This document shows positions 11,420-23,622 of a DNA stretch of 64,000 nt, in pieces. Source of the DNA: Mobula hypostoma (taxonomy: Eukaryota); NCBI RefSeq assembly GCF_963921235.1, contig NC_086101.1, forward strand, positions 8,372,001 through 8,436,000, given 5' to 3'. A program made the position numbers and the translations under genes. The notes under the pieces were generated by a model. The model was not told the origin of the DNA and searched no databases. It saw only the letters and a program-made list of their open reading frames with translations. Position 1 is the first letter of the stretch. Each line of letters starts with the position of its first letter.

Positions 11420-13297
11420 TGTTTGTGTAGAACTATTCCTGCGCCGCCTCTGTAAGAGATTGAAGGGGTTTGGTTCTTCACAAACCAGACATCGTGTCAT
11501 CCTTTCATCTCATGCCGATGACATCCTCTTCATGATCACTGACTTGCAGAGGTTGTGAGAATGCCAGTGGATTCTCTTGGCTGTGTCCTCTGCAAAAGTC
11601 AATTGGTGATTCAGTGGTGGGTGGACTCCCTGTCAGAAGCTTTAAGCTCTTTTTCCTGGAGCACCACGCACCACCTCTGTCTGGGAACCCATCTGAGCTC
11701 CACTGAGGAGACCTGGCCAGGGAATTGGCAGAATTTAGAGATGAAAGTCTCTGCCCGGCTGGGACACAGTTGGGGCCTACTTTGTGCAATTCTGTACCAG
11801 GGAAGGGTAGCCTCCATGATCTGGTGCCAGCTGGTCACTTTGATCCCATTCACAGCTCTTGTTTCCAGAACCCAGAAGAGGCTGGTGGAACTTCTGGGGC
11901 AGCAGGAGACGCTGGGTCTCTGCTGCAGTCCTGAGTCTTTTGATTGCGGAGTTAGTCACTGCTGTGCATACGTACCCAGCTAGTGGCTTGTCTGCCTCAG
12001 GACCCTGCAGCGATACCTGTACACCGAACACACTCTGTGCTGGCATATGCTGTTGACACACTTTCTCCAACAGGGGCATTACATGCAGGAGGGCATGAGG
12101 CGAGCATCGGCAGTGCTGCTCTGGGAGTAGACCCAGGTTTATCGGGACTGTTGTGAGTTTGGGGTTTAGTCATTTCTAGTCAGGGTGCTCCTTTGTCAGT
12201 GGAGGGTGGTGCTGTTTCTGTGAGGGGGTGTCAGAGAGGCTCTGGATTCTGGCTGTGCTAGCTCCTACTGAACTGAAATTGCTCGTAGGACCCAAAGCCT
12301 GAGATTGCTGTCAAGGTTCAAAGTACATATGTCACCATGCACATCCCTGAGCTTTATTTGCTTCTGGGCATACACAGTAAATCCAAGAAACAAAATAGAA
12401 CAATGTAAGACTACACCCAACAGGATGGATAAACAACCAATATGCAAAAGACAACAAACTGTAGATACACAAGAAATAATGATAATTTACTGATTTAGAT
12501 TAAACTAGGATATCAAATCAGAGACAACCAAACAAGTTACCTTGACACACCTTCTATTGATGGATGATTTGAAATTATATGCTCCTTCATTAGTAAAACT
12601 AAAGCAATTAATTCAAATAGAACTATTTTCTAAACATATATATATATATATGAACTCTAGATAAGTACAGAACATTAAACATAAAGGTAAAATAGAGCTA
12701 ATAGAATATAAAACAGCAGCAGGATACAATACAGCTGATTGATGAATATGAAACATATTCATATGGGATCTGGGATATCAACAAGCAAAGAAAATAGATC
12801 ATAGTGTGATAAAGGGATTTTTAAGTTGGTTTACTGACACCCCATCCACCTATACTTTCTGTGGGCATGAGGAGTCAGTGTGTCATGCTTATATGGAGGG
12901 TGAGAGCTCGCAGCCCCTGTTTGAGTATCTGAAAGGACTGTTCCTCAAGTTCTAGTTACACTTCAGCCCTGTGCTCCTGATGTACAGGCTCCCAGTATGG
13001 AGGGGGGTGGGGAGGCGCTTGCTCCTGGGCTGGGCAGAGGGTCATTCACTTGTCCGGGTGGCGGGCAGTCGAGGGCTCAGCCTGTTCCACTTCCAGGGTT
13101 ACATTCGTCTTCGGACTGGGAGTATACAGTTAGCGTATGTACAGTGGGGGATTTCCAGAATGTCCCCCCCTCCCCCCGGAATTGACTTTTATAGACAGTA
13201 ATAACCATATTTTAATTTGAATTTATTCAGTGTCTTGTAAATAATAGATTTTTGTATTTCATGTATTTTTGTGTGAATAAACTTGTAGTTTTGGAAA
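11420..13297 (+). mobile_element. Decayed Tx1-clade (L1 superfamily) ORF2 fragment with internal insertions
   Basis: FLRRLCKRL...VILSSHADDILFM (decayed YADD motif), LCLGTHLSSTEETWPGNWQNLEMKVSARLG, a C-terminal knuckle remnant FCGHEESVCHAYME...QPLFEYLKGLFLKF (~12855-12950), and AATAAA near 13276. Confidence 0.8.
12495..12815 (+). mobile_element. AT-rich R4/Dong-like RT fragment inside the Tx1 remnant
   Basis: 12545 onward translates THLLLMDDLKLYAPSLVKLKQLIQIELFS; downstream ETY...GYQQAKKIDHSVIK-like segment. Confidence 0.65.
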
Positions 13298-13654
13298 ACA
13301 GATAGTTCTGTGGAATGGTCGTGCTGTGGGAGAGGCAGTACTGAGGGAGGGTCACACTGAGGGAGGATGGCTCAGTGAAAGTCTGGAACTGGGGGACACT
13401 GTTTAGAAATAAGGAGCTACCCATTCAAGAGGCTTTATTTTATTTTGTGGGCTTGTGAGCCTCTGGAATTCTCTACTCATGAATCTTCACTGAAAATATT
13501 CCCGATAGCGCCTTTTTAAATGTTTAAGGAATAACTGTGATTAGGATTAAGGATAGGAAGGTGACCACATTCAGTGGCAGCACAGTTAAAAGGGGCTGAA
13601 AGGCCTTCATTGGCTTCTCTTCTGTGTAACATGCCCGTTATGCAGGTGGGCACC

Positions 13655-13935
13655 ACAGTAGCGTGGTGGTTGCTTTACACTTGCGGTCCGGGTTCAGTTC
13701 ACTCCACGCTCTGTAAGGATTTTGTACGTTTCCGCGTGACCACGTGGGTTTCCTCTTGGTACTGTGGTTTCTCCCCGCACTCCAGAAACGTACAGGCTCG
13801 TAAGTTGTGGGTGCTGGAAGCATGGCGACACTCGCTGGCTGCCCCCAGTAAGCACGTCCTCAGACTGATGGACATTGATGCAAACGACACGTTTCACTGT
13901 TTGTTTTGATGTACATTTAACAAATAAAGCTAATC
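13655..13935 (+). mobile_element. V-SINE-like element; other fragments at ~15540-15800 (+), 19255-19475 (+), 20500-20620 (-), 26965-27200 (+), 27340-27570 (-)
   Basis: tRNA-like head remnant followed by V-domain-like GTGGGTTTCCTC...GGTTTCTCCCCGCACTCCAGAAACGT. Confidence 0.65.
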
Positions 13936-14315
13936 CTTTTCTTATAAAGGATCTTTTATTTCTTTTTCCCCGTTTCTCACTTACAGTCCTGGGTACGATA
14001 TCCCCTGGAATTCCATGTTCCCCATCCCAATTGCAACTTGGGCCTCCAGATCGCAGAATCGACCCTTAGGCCTTTACAACCCAGGTTTGTCCAATACCTC
14101 CTCATTGCTCAAACCCCTCTAATTCAGGTAGTTTCCCCGTGAATCTTCTCACGATGAAGGGCCTCAACCTGAAATGCTGACTGTCTATTTCCCTCCATAG
14201 ATGCTGTCTGAAGGTTGATTTATACTTCTGCGTCAAAGTTTTTAAAACGTGTTCATCACCGGGATGGTTAATGTCTATCCTACTGAGGAGCTCACAGACA
14301 AAACTCAGTGGGTCA

Positions 14316-14718
14316 AGGCTGATTTATACTCCTGCGTCAAATGGACGCTGTAACCTACGCAAGTGGCCTACGCACGTTGTGAGCATTTATACTTGTGCAT
14401 TGGTGTGTCTGCGTCGCTCTGCAATTCGGGCACGTCGTGCATGTGCACACATGGTCATGGTAGTCTTTCTCGGGGTAAACAAGTTTAAAGTGAGTGTCTT
14501 TTCTCGTAGTAGCAAAATGTGTCCTCCATAATTTCAGAGGTCTGTAAAGCTTTATGGAAAGCATTGTACCCAGGGTTCCTTCCCTGCCCTTTAGTCGCCC
14601 AATGGGAAGCTATTGCAGTGTAGGAGGAAATGTGATGCTACCAAGCGGACCGATCACAGTTGTTCGCTCTGCGTTGCCGCGACGCGTAGTTACATTTTGG
14701 GAGAGGTGCGCATCAGGC
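14316..14718. mobile_element. Second, inverted and truncated copy of the Harbinger derivative
   Basis: Begins AGGCTGATTTATACTCCTGCGTC; 14520-14715 is the reverse complement of ~2670-2865; an extra TIR-like copy lies at ~14212. Confidence 0.8.
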
Positions 14719-14829
14719 ATATAATCATTGATTAATCTGACACAGAAACAGGCCATTCAGCCCACAACATCCATGCTTGCTGCTGACCACCATCCTCCCT
14801 ACGTTCCCATCAGCACCTCATAACCATAT

Positions 14830-15255
14830 AACAATTACAGCTCGGAAACAGGCCATCTCGGCCCTTCTAGTCCGTGCCGAACTCTTACCCTATCCAAGTC
14901 CCACCAACCTGCACTCAGCCCATTGCCCTCCATTCCTTTCCTGTCCATATATCTATCCAACTTAGCTTTAAACGACAACATAGAACCTGCCTCAACCACT
15001 TCTGCTGGAAGCTCGTTCCACACAGCCACCACTCTCTGAGTAAAGAAGTTCCCCCTCATGTTACCCCTAAACTTTTGTTCTCTAATTCTAAACCCATGTC
15101 CTCTTATTTGAATCTTCCCCACTCTCAATGGAAAAAGTCTAACCACATCAACTCTATCTATCCACCTCATTATTCTAAATACCTCTATCAAGTCCCCCCT
15201 CAACCTTCTACGCTCCAAAGAATAAAGACCCAACTTGTTCAACCTTTCTCTGTAA
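14830..15255 (-). mobile_element. CR1 3' fragment
   Basis: ORF 14835..15242: LYSLERRRLRGDLIEVF...FFTQRVVAVWNELP. Confidence 0.9.
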
Positions 15256-16504
15256 GATTCTAGATTCTAGATTCCAGCACTCAATAGGAGCAATGTACAA
15301 CAGATGATAACTGGCTGACCTACACCTTCGTGCGGGGACCAGAGCGCTGGGGCGGGAACCTACGGAATCACAGGGAGAGCATGCAAACTCCCCACTGGAT
15401 CAAACCAGCAGCAACTATTCTTGCTGCATCACTTTTAAGGAACCAGCTAGCAAGATCATATGTATTGTTAAGTATGATTGGAGTCACAGAGTAGTTCGGC
15501 ACAGAAACAGGCCCTTCAGCCCATCTAGTAATGCACCACAATAGTGTAGCAGTTAACACGACGCTATTGTAGCTTGGAACATCGGAGTTCAATTCTGGCA
15601 TCCTCTGTAAGAAAGTTTGTATGCTCTTCCGGTGTGTACATGTGATTTCTGCAGTTCCTCTGGTTTCTTCTCACAGTCTAAAGACATACTGGTTAATTGG
15701 TCGTTGTAAGTTGTCCTCTAACTGAGGTTAAATCGGTGGGTTGATGGGCGGCAAGGCTCGGTGGACTGGAGGGGCCAGTTCTGTGTGGTATCTAAGTAAA
15801 AGTAGTTAATGTTTGATTAATGTTTTTCTAAAAGCAAGGTATCTTGAATAGGCTTCCAAATTAGTTCCAGTACAGGGGCAGCTTCTCGTAATTGTCTCTT
15901 CATGACAAACACGCATCTCGATCTGATACTCTCAGCAAATTCCCCACCTCAATCCAGCCAGTATTTGCAATTGGCCCTTGGACAGTTTACAGTTACCAGT
16001 AACCCCTGGAGCCCAGTGATGATATAATCTTTAATTGTTCAGACAGAAATATGTGCAGCTTCAGTGAGGCAGGGCAGCAAATGTCAATAAACCTAATAAT
16101 ATAATTGTTTGATAACGTGGGAGATTGAACCCTATGTATGTGTGTGTGCGTGTGGTCAACATCCAATTAGAGAAAGTCCATTCAGCCCAAGAATGGGTTT
16201 GGTTTCATGTGAAATGATGGGGTAGGGTGGAGCCTATTAATAAAACATAGTATAACTTTATCCAGTAGGATATGTTTATGCAATGAAAGTGGGAATGTGT
16301 TTACATAGTAAAACAAGTACAGCCAACAAAATAAAGGAATGTTTATCCAATAAAGTTGACAATCTGTTAATCTAATTACCATGGGCTTTTTGAGTTTATT
16401 CAATAAAATGGGAAGAGAGCTTACTGAGTAAAATTTTGGAAGGTGTTTTCTCTCAGGAATTTTTAATGCTGTAAACTGTGATAAATTGATGGATATATTT
16501 GTTA

Positions 16505-17510
16505 AATGTGGAAAGTGGGTGCAGTGTGGATTGTGAGAGGGGGGAATGGGGATGTGGGATTGTTCTCGGGAGGTGGGGGACAGTATGGATTGGGAGAGGG
16601 GGGAGTTGGGGTGTGGGATTGTGTCAGGGAGGTGGGGCTAGTGTGGACTGGGCCAGGGGAGTGGGGAAATGGTATTGTTCTGGGGAGGTTGGATGGAATG
16701 GGGATTGGGAGTGGGAGTTTGGGATGGGGATGTGGAAGCTGGAGAGTGGATTGGGAGAAGTGGTAGTGGGGTTGTTCTGGGAGGTGGGGTGGAATGGGAA
16801 TTGAGAGGGGGAGTGGGAGTTTGGGATGGGGATGTGGAAGCTGGAGAGTGGATTGGGAGAGGTAGTGGGATTGTTCTGGGAGGTGGGGTGGAATGGGAAT
16901 TGAGAGGGGGAGTGGGAGTTTTGTGTAGGACGTGAGGGTAGTGTGGATTGGGGGGAAGTGGGGATGTGGGATTGTTGTGGGGAGTTGGGGTAGAATGAGA
17001 ATTGGGAGGGGGAGTGGGAGTTTCATATGGGACGTGGGGGTAGTGTGGATTGGGAGGGGGGAATGGGGATGTGGTTTTGCTTTGAGAAGGTGGGGTCAGT
17101 GGATTGGGAGGGGGGAGTGGGAGTTTGGGATGGGGAGGTGGGGTAGTATGGATTGGGAGGGGGAGTGGGAATCTGGGATGGTTCTGGGGAGGTGGGGTGT
17201 GGGATTGTTCTGAGGAGGTGGGGCGAGTGGGAGGTGAGGGTAGTGTGAATTGAGGGGGGAGTGGAGATGTGGGATTGTTATGGGGAGTTGGGGTCAGTGT
17301 GGATTGGGAGGGGGGAGTGGGAGTTTGGGAATTGGGATGAGGGTAGTGTGGATTGGAGAGTGGGGATGTGGGATTGTTCTGGGGAGGTGAAGTCAGTGTG
17401 GATTGGGAGAGGAGTGGGAGTTTGGGGTGGGGATGTGGGAGAGGGGGAAGTTCCAGGGAGGTGGGGGCAGTGGGAGAGCGGGTGGAGGGGATTGGCAAAG
17501 TGGGAGAAAT
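16505..17510. repeat. G-rich, C-poor degenerate tandem repeat
   Basis: Recurrent GTGTGGATTGGGAG, GGGAGTGGGAGTTTGGG and GGGATTGTT blocks; a ~100-bp near-exact duplication at ~16707-16920. Confidence 0.85.
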
Positions 17511-17554
17511 TTGTAAGTGGTGACATACAAATTTGCTGAAAATCCTAATAAAGA

Positions 17555-17856
17555 TAGAAACACAATACAGGCCCTTCGGCCCACAAAGTTGTGCCGAACA
17601 TGTCCCTGCCTGAGAAATTACTAGGCTTACCCATAACCCTCTATTTTTCTAAGCTCCATGTACCTATCCAAAAGTCTCTTAAAAGACCCTGTTGTATCCG
17701 CCTCCACCACTGTTGCTGGCAGCCCATTCCACGCACTCACCACTCTGCGTAAAAAAAAACAACTTACCCCTGACATCTCCTCTGTACCTATTCCCAAGCA
17801 CTTTAAACCTGTGTCCTCTTGTAGCAACCATTTCAGCCCTGCAAAAAAGCCTCTGA
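17555..17856 (-). mobile_element. CR1 3' end fragment
   Basis: ORF 17627..17827 (RVVSAWNGLP...SFKRLLDRYME) plus CR1 tail. Confidence 0.85.
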
Positions 17857-18027
17857 CTTCTGCCCTCTCAAAGGGTTTTGTCCATCCTTCTCTGTCTCTC
17901 CCTGCTGCCCTATTCTGGCCCTGGGTGCGTAGAAGCTGATGGTCCAGGTGGCATTCAGACCAAGTGAGGTGAGTGGAATGTTAGAGATTGAGCTGTCTGG
18001 CACCAGTCTCAGGATTTGCCATATATG

Positions 18028-18641
18028 TGTAACACTCACTTTGCCTAATGGCATGATCTCGGGGTGATAACCCCCTGCCCAGCCAAACCTTAGAACTTCA
18101 TTTGGGTGCGATGTGTCCCCTGTTTCAAACCAGTACCCCATAATGACAAGCCATACACAGGATGCGGTTAAATAATTAAGATTTTATAATTCTTACTTGA
18201 ACTATGGGGTTGGTAGAGAACCAAAATATAAAATAAAAAGAAAAGGCGCGACTATATCTTTATTCAGTCTGTGCACAATTAATTCGTTGGAGCTCATGCA
18301 ATATCCACTTTCCACCATTCAAACTCCGCCGGGTCCCGAGCCCCCGTTCAGGGTTCACAGCATCTCTTCGGGTGCGTCTTCTCTCTTCTTCCTCATGGTA
18401 CATTCTGCCCAAATCCTGTGCAAACAACAGCTTACAGGCACACAAGAAAGAATAACATCTATCCCAATTCATTAGCAAATGAATATAGGTCCCGTTATCA
18501 GTAATTATAACCCAAACATGCTGCTACAGAGAACCCCTTACCTCAGCAGTAAACATTACACAGAAGCCATTTTATTATAACACTATAGAGAAGCCATTTT
18601 ATTAGCCTTAGCAAGTAACATGAAAGAAGAAACCCCTTACG
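18028..18641 (-). mobile_element. Solo LTR (Ty3/Gypsy-like)
   Basis: Ends TGTAACA...CCTTACG; 4-bp TSD TATG (18024-18027, 18642-18645); homologous in reverse to 54855-55414. Confidence 0.8.
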
Positions 18642-21637
18642 TATGTCACACACATACCATATATGGGCACAGGCCTAAAGAAAAACTTACTTGCAACAGC
18701 ATCACAGGCACAACATTAACAAAAATAACTTAAACTAAGATAAATATGCACATTCTTTCAAGAACAAACACAATTAAAACATTTGAGTGCACTGTGATCA
18801 AAGTGGTCAGTATTGCTATACTGAGGTGGTGATTGAGGTTGAGCAGGTTGGTTCGAGAACTGAATGGTTGAAGGGAAGACTCTCTTAAGAAGATATGACA
18901 AAGGAGCAGAATTAGGTCATTCTGCCCATCGAGTCGTCTTTACCATTCAATCACGGATGATATATCTTCCCACACAACCCTATTCTCCTGCCTTCTCCCC
19001 GTAACCTTTGATGCCCTGGCTAATCCAGAACCTATCAACCTCCGCTTTAACTATATTCAATGACTTGGTCCCCTAATCTGTTAAATGGATGTCCCGCTAT
19101 TCTGAGGCTGTGCCCTCTGGTCCCAGACCCCTCCCACTACTGGAAGCAAGCTCTCCACATCCACTCTAAGTCCTTTAATATTCTGTAGGCTTCAATGAGC
19201 TTTCCCCCTCCCTTTCCCATACTAACCTCCAGCGAGTACAGGCTCAGAGCCAACACAGCTTGGGGCATCGGAGTTTGGAGTTCAATTCTGGCACCGTCTG
19301 GAAGAAGTTCGTATGTTCACCCCATGACCACATGGATTTTCTCCCGGTGTTCCCGTCTCCCACAGTCCAAAGATGTACCGGTGAGTTGGTTAGTTGGTCA
19401 TTGCACTGTAAATTGTCCTGTGTTTAGGCTAGTGTTAAATAGGTACTGTAGGTTCCTTTGGGCCAGAAGGGCCTGATAGATAGATAAATTTTAAAATCTC
19501 TTCTCATATTTTAATACCTTTATTCCCGGGATTATTCTCATAGTCCTCCTCTGAACCCTTTCCAATGTCAGCACGTTCTTTCTTGGGGCCCAAAGCTGAT
19601 CAGAATACTCCAAGTGTGATCTGACCAATGTCTTAAAAAGCCTCAGTGTTACATCCTTGCTTTCATATTCTACTCCTCTTAGTTTTATACTCTCGCCTTT
19701 TGTACTTTCAGCCTGATGGTCACAGTGAGAAAATGCCATGCCCATATGGTGGCGATCTTTGATGATGGGCATTGCCTTCTTGAGGCATAGCTAATACCAT
19801 TGGTGGGGAGGGATGTGCCTGTGATGTATTGGGCCCTCTGCAGCTTCTGAAGTTCCTGGGCAATGGAATTGCTCCATGATGAACCCAGACAGACAATGCT
19901 CCCCAAGAGAACTTTGGTGTGGAAGGGGGTGGGGGGGGGTGGTTTAGTGCTCCTGGCTGATGAGGATTTCCTGCAGCCTGTGACAGTCTTTCTGCTGCCC
20001 TGAAATCACCGGATGGGCAACCCCTCCGAACAGCAGGTACAGGATTATAAAACACTAAGATATAGGAGTTGAATTAGGCCTTAGCCCATCGTCTGCTCCA
20101 CCATTTCCCCTCTCAGCCCCAATCTCCTGCTTTCTCCCCGTATCCTGATTAATCAAGAATCTATCACCCTCCTCCTTAAATGGGGCCTGAGGAGTATGTT
20201 TTCAAACAAAATGTGGTTGTTATCTACCAGACCAGGTGGTGAATCAGATTCATCACTACATTTATTTGTTTATTTGTTAAGAGCTACAGCACCGTAGTAA
20301 GCCCTTCCAGCCCAACAAACACACAGGCCCATTTCCCCCATGTGATGACCAATTAACCTACTAATAGGCATGAGATTCTGCAGGTGCTGGAAATCTTGAG
20401 ACAAAACCCTGGAGGAACTCAGTCGATGTTTCAGGCAGAGACCCTTCATCGGGACTGGAGAGGAAGCGGGTAGAAGGCATAATAAGGGAAAGGAATACAA
20501 GATGGCGAACCCAAAGGTGTCTTTGGAATACGGGAGGAAACCAGAGCACCCAGAGAAAGCTCACGTGGTCCCAGGGAACATGTACAAACTCCTTATGGAC
20601 AGTGGCGGAATTGAACCCCGATTGCTGTGGTTCAGCCAGTCTCTTAACTAGGCAAGGTATGGAAGGATACTGTCCTAATGCGGGCAGATAGAATTCGTGC
20701 AGATGGGCATAAATATCAGGACGGACATGTTGGGCTGAAAAGCTTGTTTCTCTTTAAACTCTTGGGCTCTAATTGAAGACTCAGGAAGCGAGAAAGAGAA
20801 CGAGTATGAACGTCTAAGGAGAGGGGAGAGGAGATGATCTCCAGACATCTGAGCAGCAGGATGAGAATTTTGATATAGAAGGGAGCGGGCGGCGGTGGAG
20901 TGCTGAGTACCTGAGACTTGACTCCCTCCTCCTCCCCAGAAGCAGCTGCTGCTGCGGTTCTCACCCAGCAGAGGGAGCTAACGCGACAGGGGATACCTGG
21001 CCAGCACCAATTGTCGTGGCAACACACACAAAATGCTGGAGAACCCGTCCCGCCGAAGGGTTTCGGCCAGAAACGTCGACTGCGCTCTTTTCCATCCATC
21101 GTGCCTGGCCTGCTGAGTTCCTCCAGCATTTTAAGTGTGTTGCTTGGATTTCCAGCATCTGCAGAGTTTCTTGTTTGTGACCGAAGGTCGCGGGACGGTT
21201 TGGGGTTTCGGGAGCTGGTGTCGGGGTGGCAGGCCGGGAGGCTAGGAGAGATGGGGATCGGGGCATCACCTAAAGGTAGAAGAGTGTGCGGAGAGGTCTG
21301 GGGTGGGAACCGACATCGACCCACCCGTCATCAAGGACATATATACAGAAAGGTGTCGGGAAGGGGCCAGTAATATGAATAATCCCACCCACCCTCCTCA
21401 TGGACTGTTTGCCCCACTCCCATCACTAGCCCGCTCTTCCACACCCCCAACCATCAGTACTATATCATTTCCTGTCAGAGTCACCTTACGTATAGGCCTA
21501 CCGTCACTTTCTGGACATACAATCAATCAATGTGTTATATAAACTATCTTATGTATTTATATTTACCTTGTTTTTTTATTAATATTTTCTTTGTCTTATT
21601 TGATTTTTATTGTGCTGCATAGAATCTGGAGTAACAA

Positions 21638-22267
21638 TCTCCCAGTGGCCGCACATTTTAATTCCATGTCCCATTCCCATTCTGATATGTCTATCCACGG
21701 CCTCCTCTACTGTCAAGATGAAGCTACACTCAGGTTGGAGGAACAACACCTTATATTCCGTCTGGGTAGCCTCCAACCCGATGGCATGAACATTGACTTC
21801 TCTAACTTCCGTTCATGCCCCACCTCCCCTTCGTACCCCATCCGTTATTTATTAATTATTATTATTAATTTGTTTCTCTCTCTCCCCCTCTCCCCCTCTC
21901 CCTCTCCTTTTTCTCCCTCTGTCCCTCTCACTGTACTCCTTGCCCATCCTCTGGGCTTCCCCTTTCCCCCTTTCTTTCTCCCTAGGCCTCCTGTCCCATG
22001 ATCCTCTCATATCCCTTTTGCCAATCAACTTTCCAGCTCTTAGCCCCATCCATCCTCCTTCTGTCTTCTCCTATCATTTCGGATCTCCCCCTCCCCTGCC
22101 ACTTTCAAATCTCTTACTATCTCTTCTTTCAGTTAGTCCTGACGAAGGGTCTCGGCCCGAAACGTCGACTGTACCTCTTCCTGGAGATGCTGCCTGGCCT
22201 GCTGCGTTCACCAGCATTTTGTGTGTATGTTGCTTGAAATTCCAGCATCTGCAGATTTCCTCGTGTT
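21638..22267 (+). mobile_element. 5'-truncated Penelope-like element (GIY-YIG C-terminus + terminal repeat)
   Basis: LPVAAHFNSMSHSHSDMSIHGLLYCQDEATLRLEEQHLIFRLGSLQPDGMNIDFSNFR nearly matches the end of ORF 43941..45032 and is followed by the same terminal repeat. Confidence 0.9.
22134..22171 (+). ncRNA. Minimal type-I hammerhead ribozyme motif in Penelope terminal repeat
   Basis: TAGTC-CTGACGA-A-GGGT(CTCG)GCCC-GAAAC-GTC-GACTG: conserved core boxes, stem I TAGTC/GACTG, stem II hairpin, palindromic ACGT at stem III. Confidence 0.7.
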
Positions 22268-23622
22268 AATTATTTCGCTCTCTTTTACACTTGTGTACTG
22301 GAAATGACATTAAACAATCTTGAATTCTGGAGCTGGGGGCGCAGGTAGCGTGGACAGCGATCAGACTCCTCTCTATCACTCCCACCTCAGGTTCCCCTAG
22401 AATATTTCACCTCTTACCCTGCACATGTGTCATAGAATTTGCTCTTTTGTGGCAGCAATACAGTGCAAGGCGTAAGTTACAATAAATAAATCACTCGGGG
22501 CAGGAGTGTTGGCGGTTACAGAGACAGTGTTGGGGTCGGTCCAAATGGGGAGATGTCAGGAGAGCAGGGGGTGGGGGAGGCTACTCAGCCTCCTGTCCCT
22601 TCCACTCTCATCCGCTGCTCGAAGTTGGGGAGGAAACAGGAGCAGAGCGCAAGGAGTGGGGAAGGTGAAGGTGGCAGGGGAGGGGGCTGTGGACGGGGAG
22701 TGAGCAGGGGGCAAATACATGGAAAAGAAGCCGAGGGCAGGGTCACAGGTCTCGCGGGTATAGCAGTCACATCAGTTCTGCGGGGTATCAGGGCGATGGC
22801 ACACGAGGTTCAATTGTAAACTCAGCTTTTCTCTGGTCTAACACAGTCGGGATGTGTTAACGCCTCCATGGTGTAGAGGCTCAGAAGGAAACCGCTGAAT
22901 AATGTGTTTGTAAACAATGTTTCCAAGCGGGTTTTTTTTACACCTCCTGCCGCCCTAAGCACAGCAGCTGTAAAAGCAGCTGATTCCGCCGCCCCGAAGT
23001 GCGAAACACCGAGCTGCCGCTACAAATACACCTCTAAGAGACACCGCGGCCTGTGCAGACGCTTTTCCGACTCGGCTGGGTGTAGCCCATCTGGCAGGAG
23101 GCACGGAGCCACAAGACACACACTCAACGCTTTTGGAAATAGCTTTTTCCCCACCGCTATCAGGTTTCTGAATAAGCCATTGTACGATGCTTCTAGACAT
23201 ACGCAGTGATATTAATTCTGATTCTGAAGGAACATCACACATGCGGGAGGGAAGGTACTGAGGCAGCAAAGTGCAAATTCCACACAGACAATGCCGCAGG
23301 CTGGCATCGACAGAGTCTCTACCCGCTGCCACGCTTCAATATAGAACCTACAACACAGAATCGTGCTGGACCCTCAGCCAACAATGTTATGTGACATTTT
23401 AACCTACTCCAACATTAATCTAACAATCCCTCCCACGTAGCTCTTCATTTACCTATCAATCATGTGCTTACCGAAGTTCAAAGTAAATGTATTATCAAAG
23501 TACATATATGTCACCATATCCAATCCTGAGATTCATTTTCTTGCGAACATACTCAATAAATCCATAATAGCGTTTACTATAGACATTAAAACGTATCTAA
23601 GAGTTTCTAAACTGCCGCTAAT

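Noticed and set aside
16499..17539. Pro-rich and Gly/Trp-rich ORFs
   Set aside because: Products of low-complexity G-rich repeat DNA.
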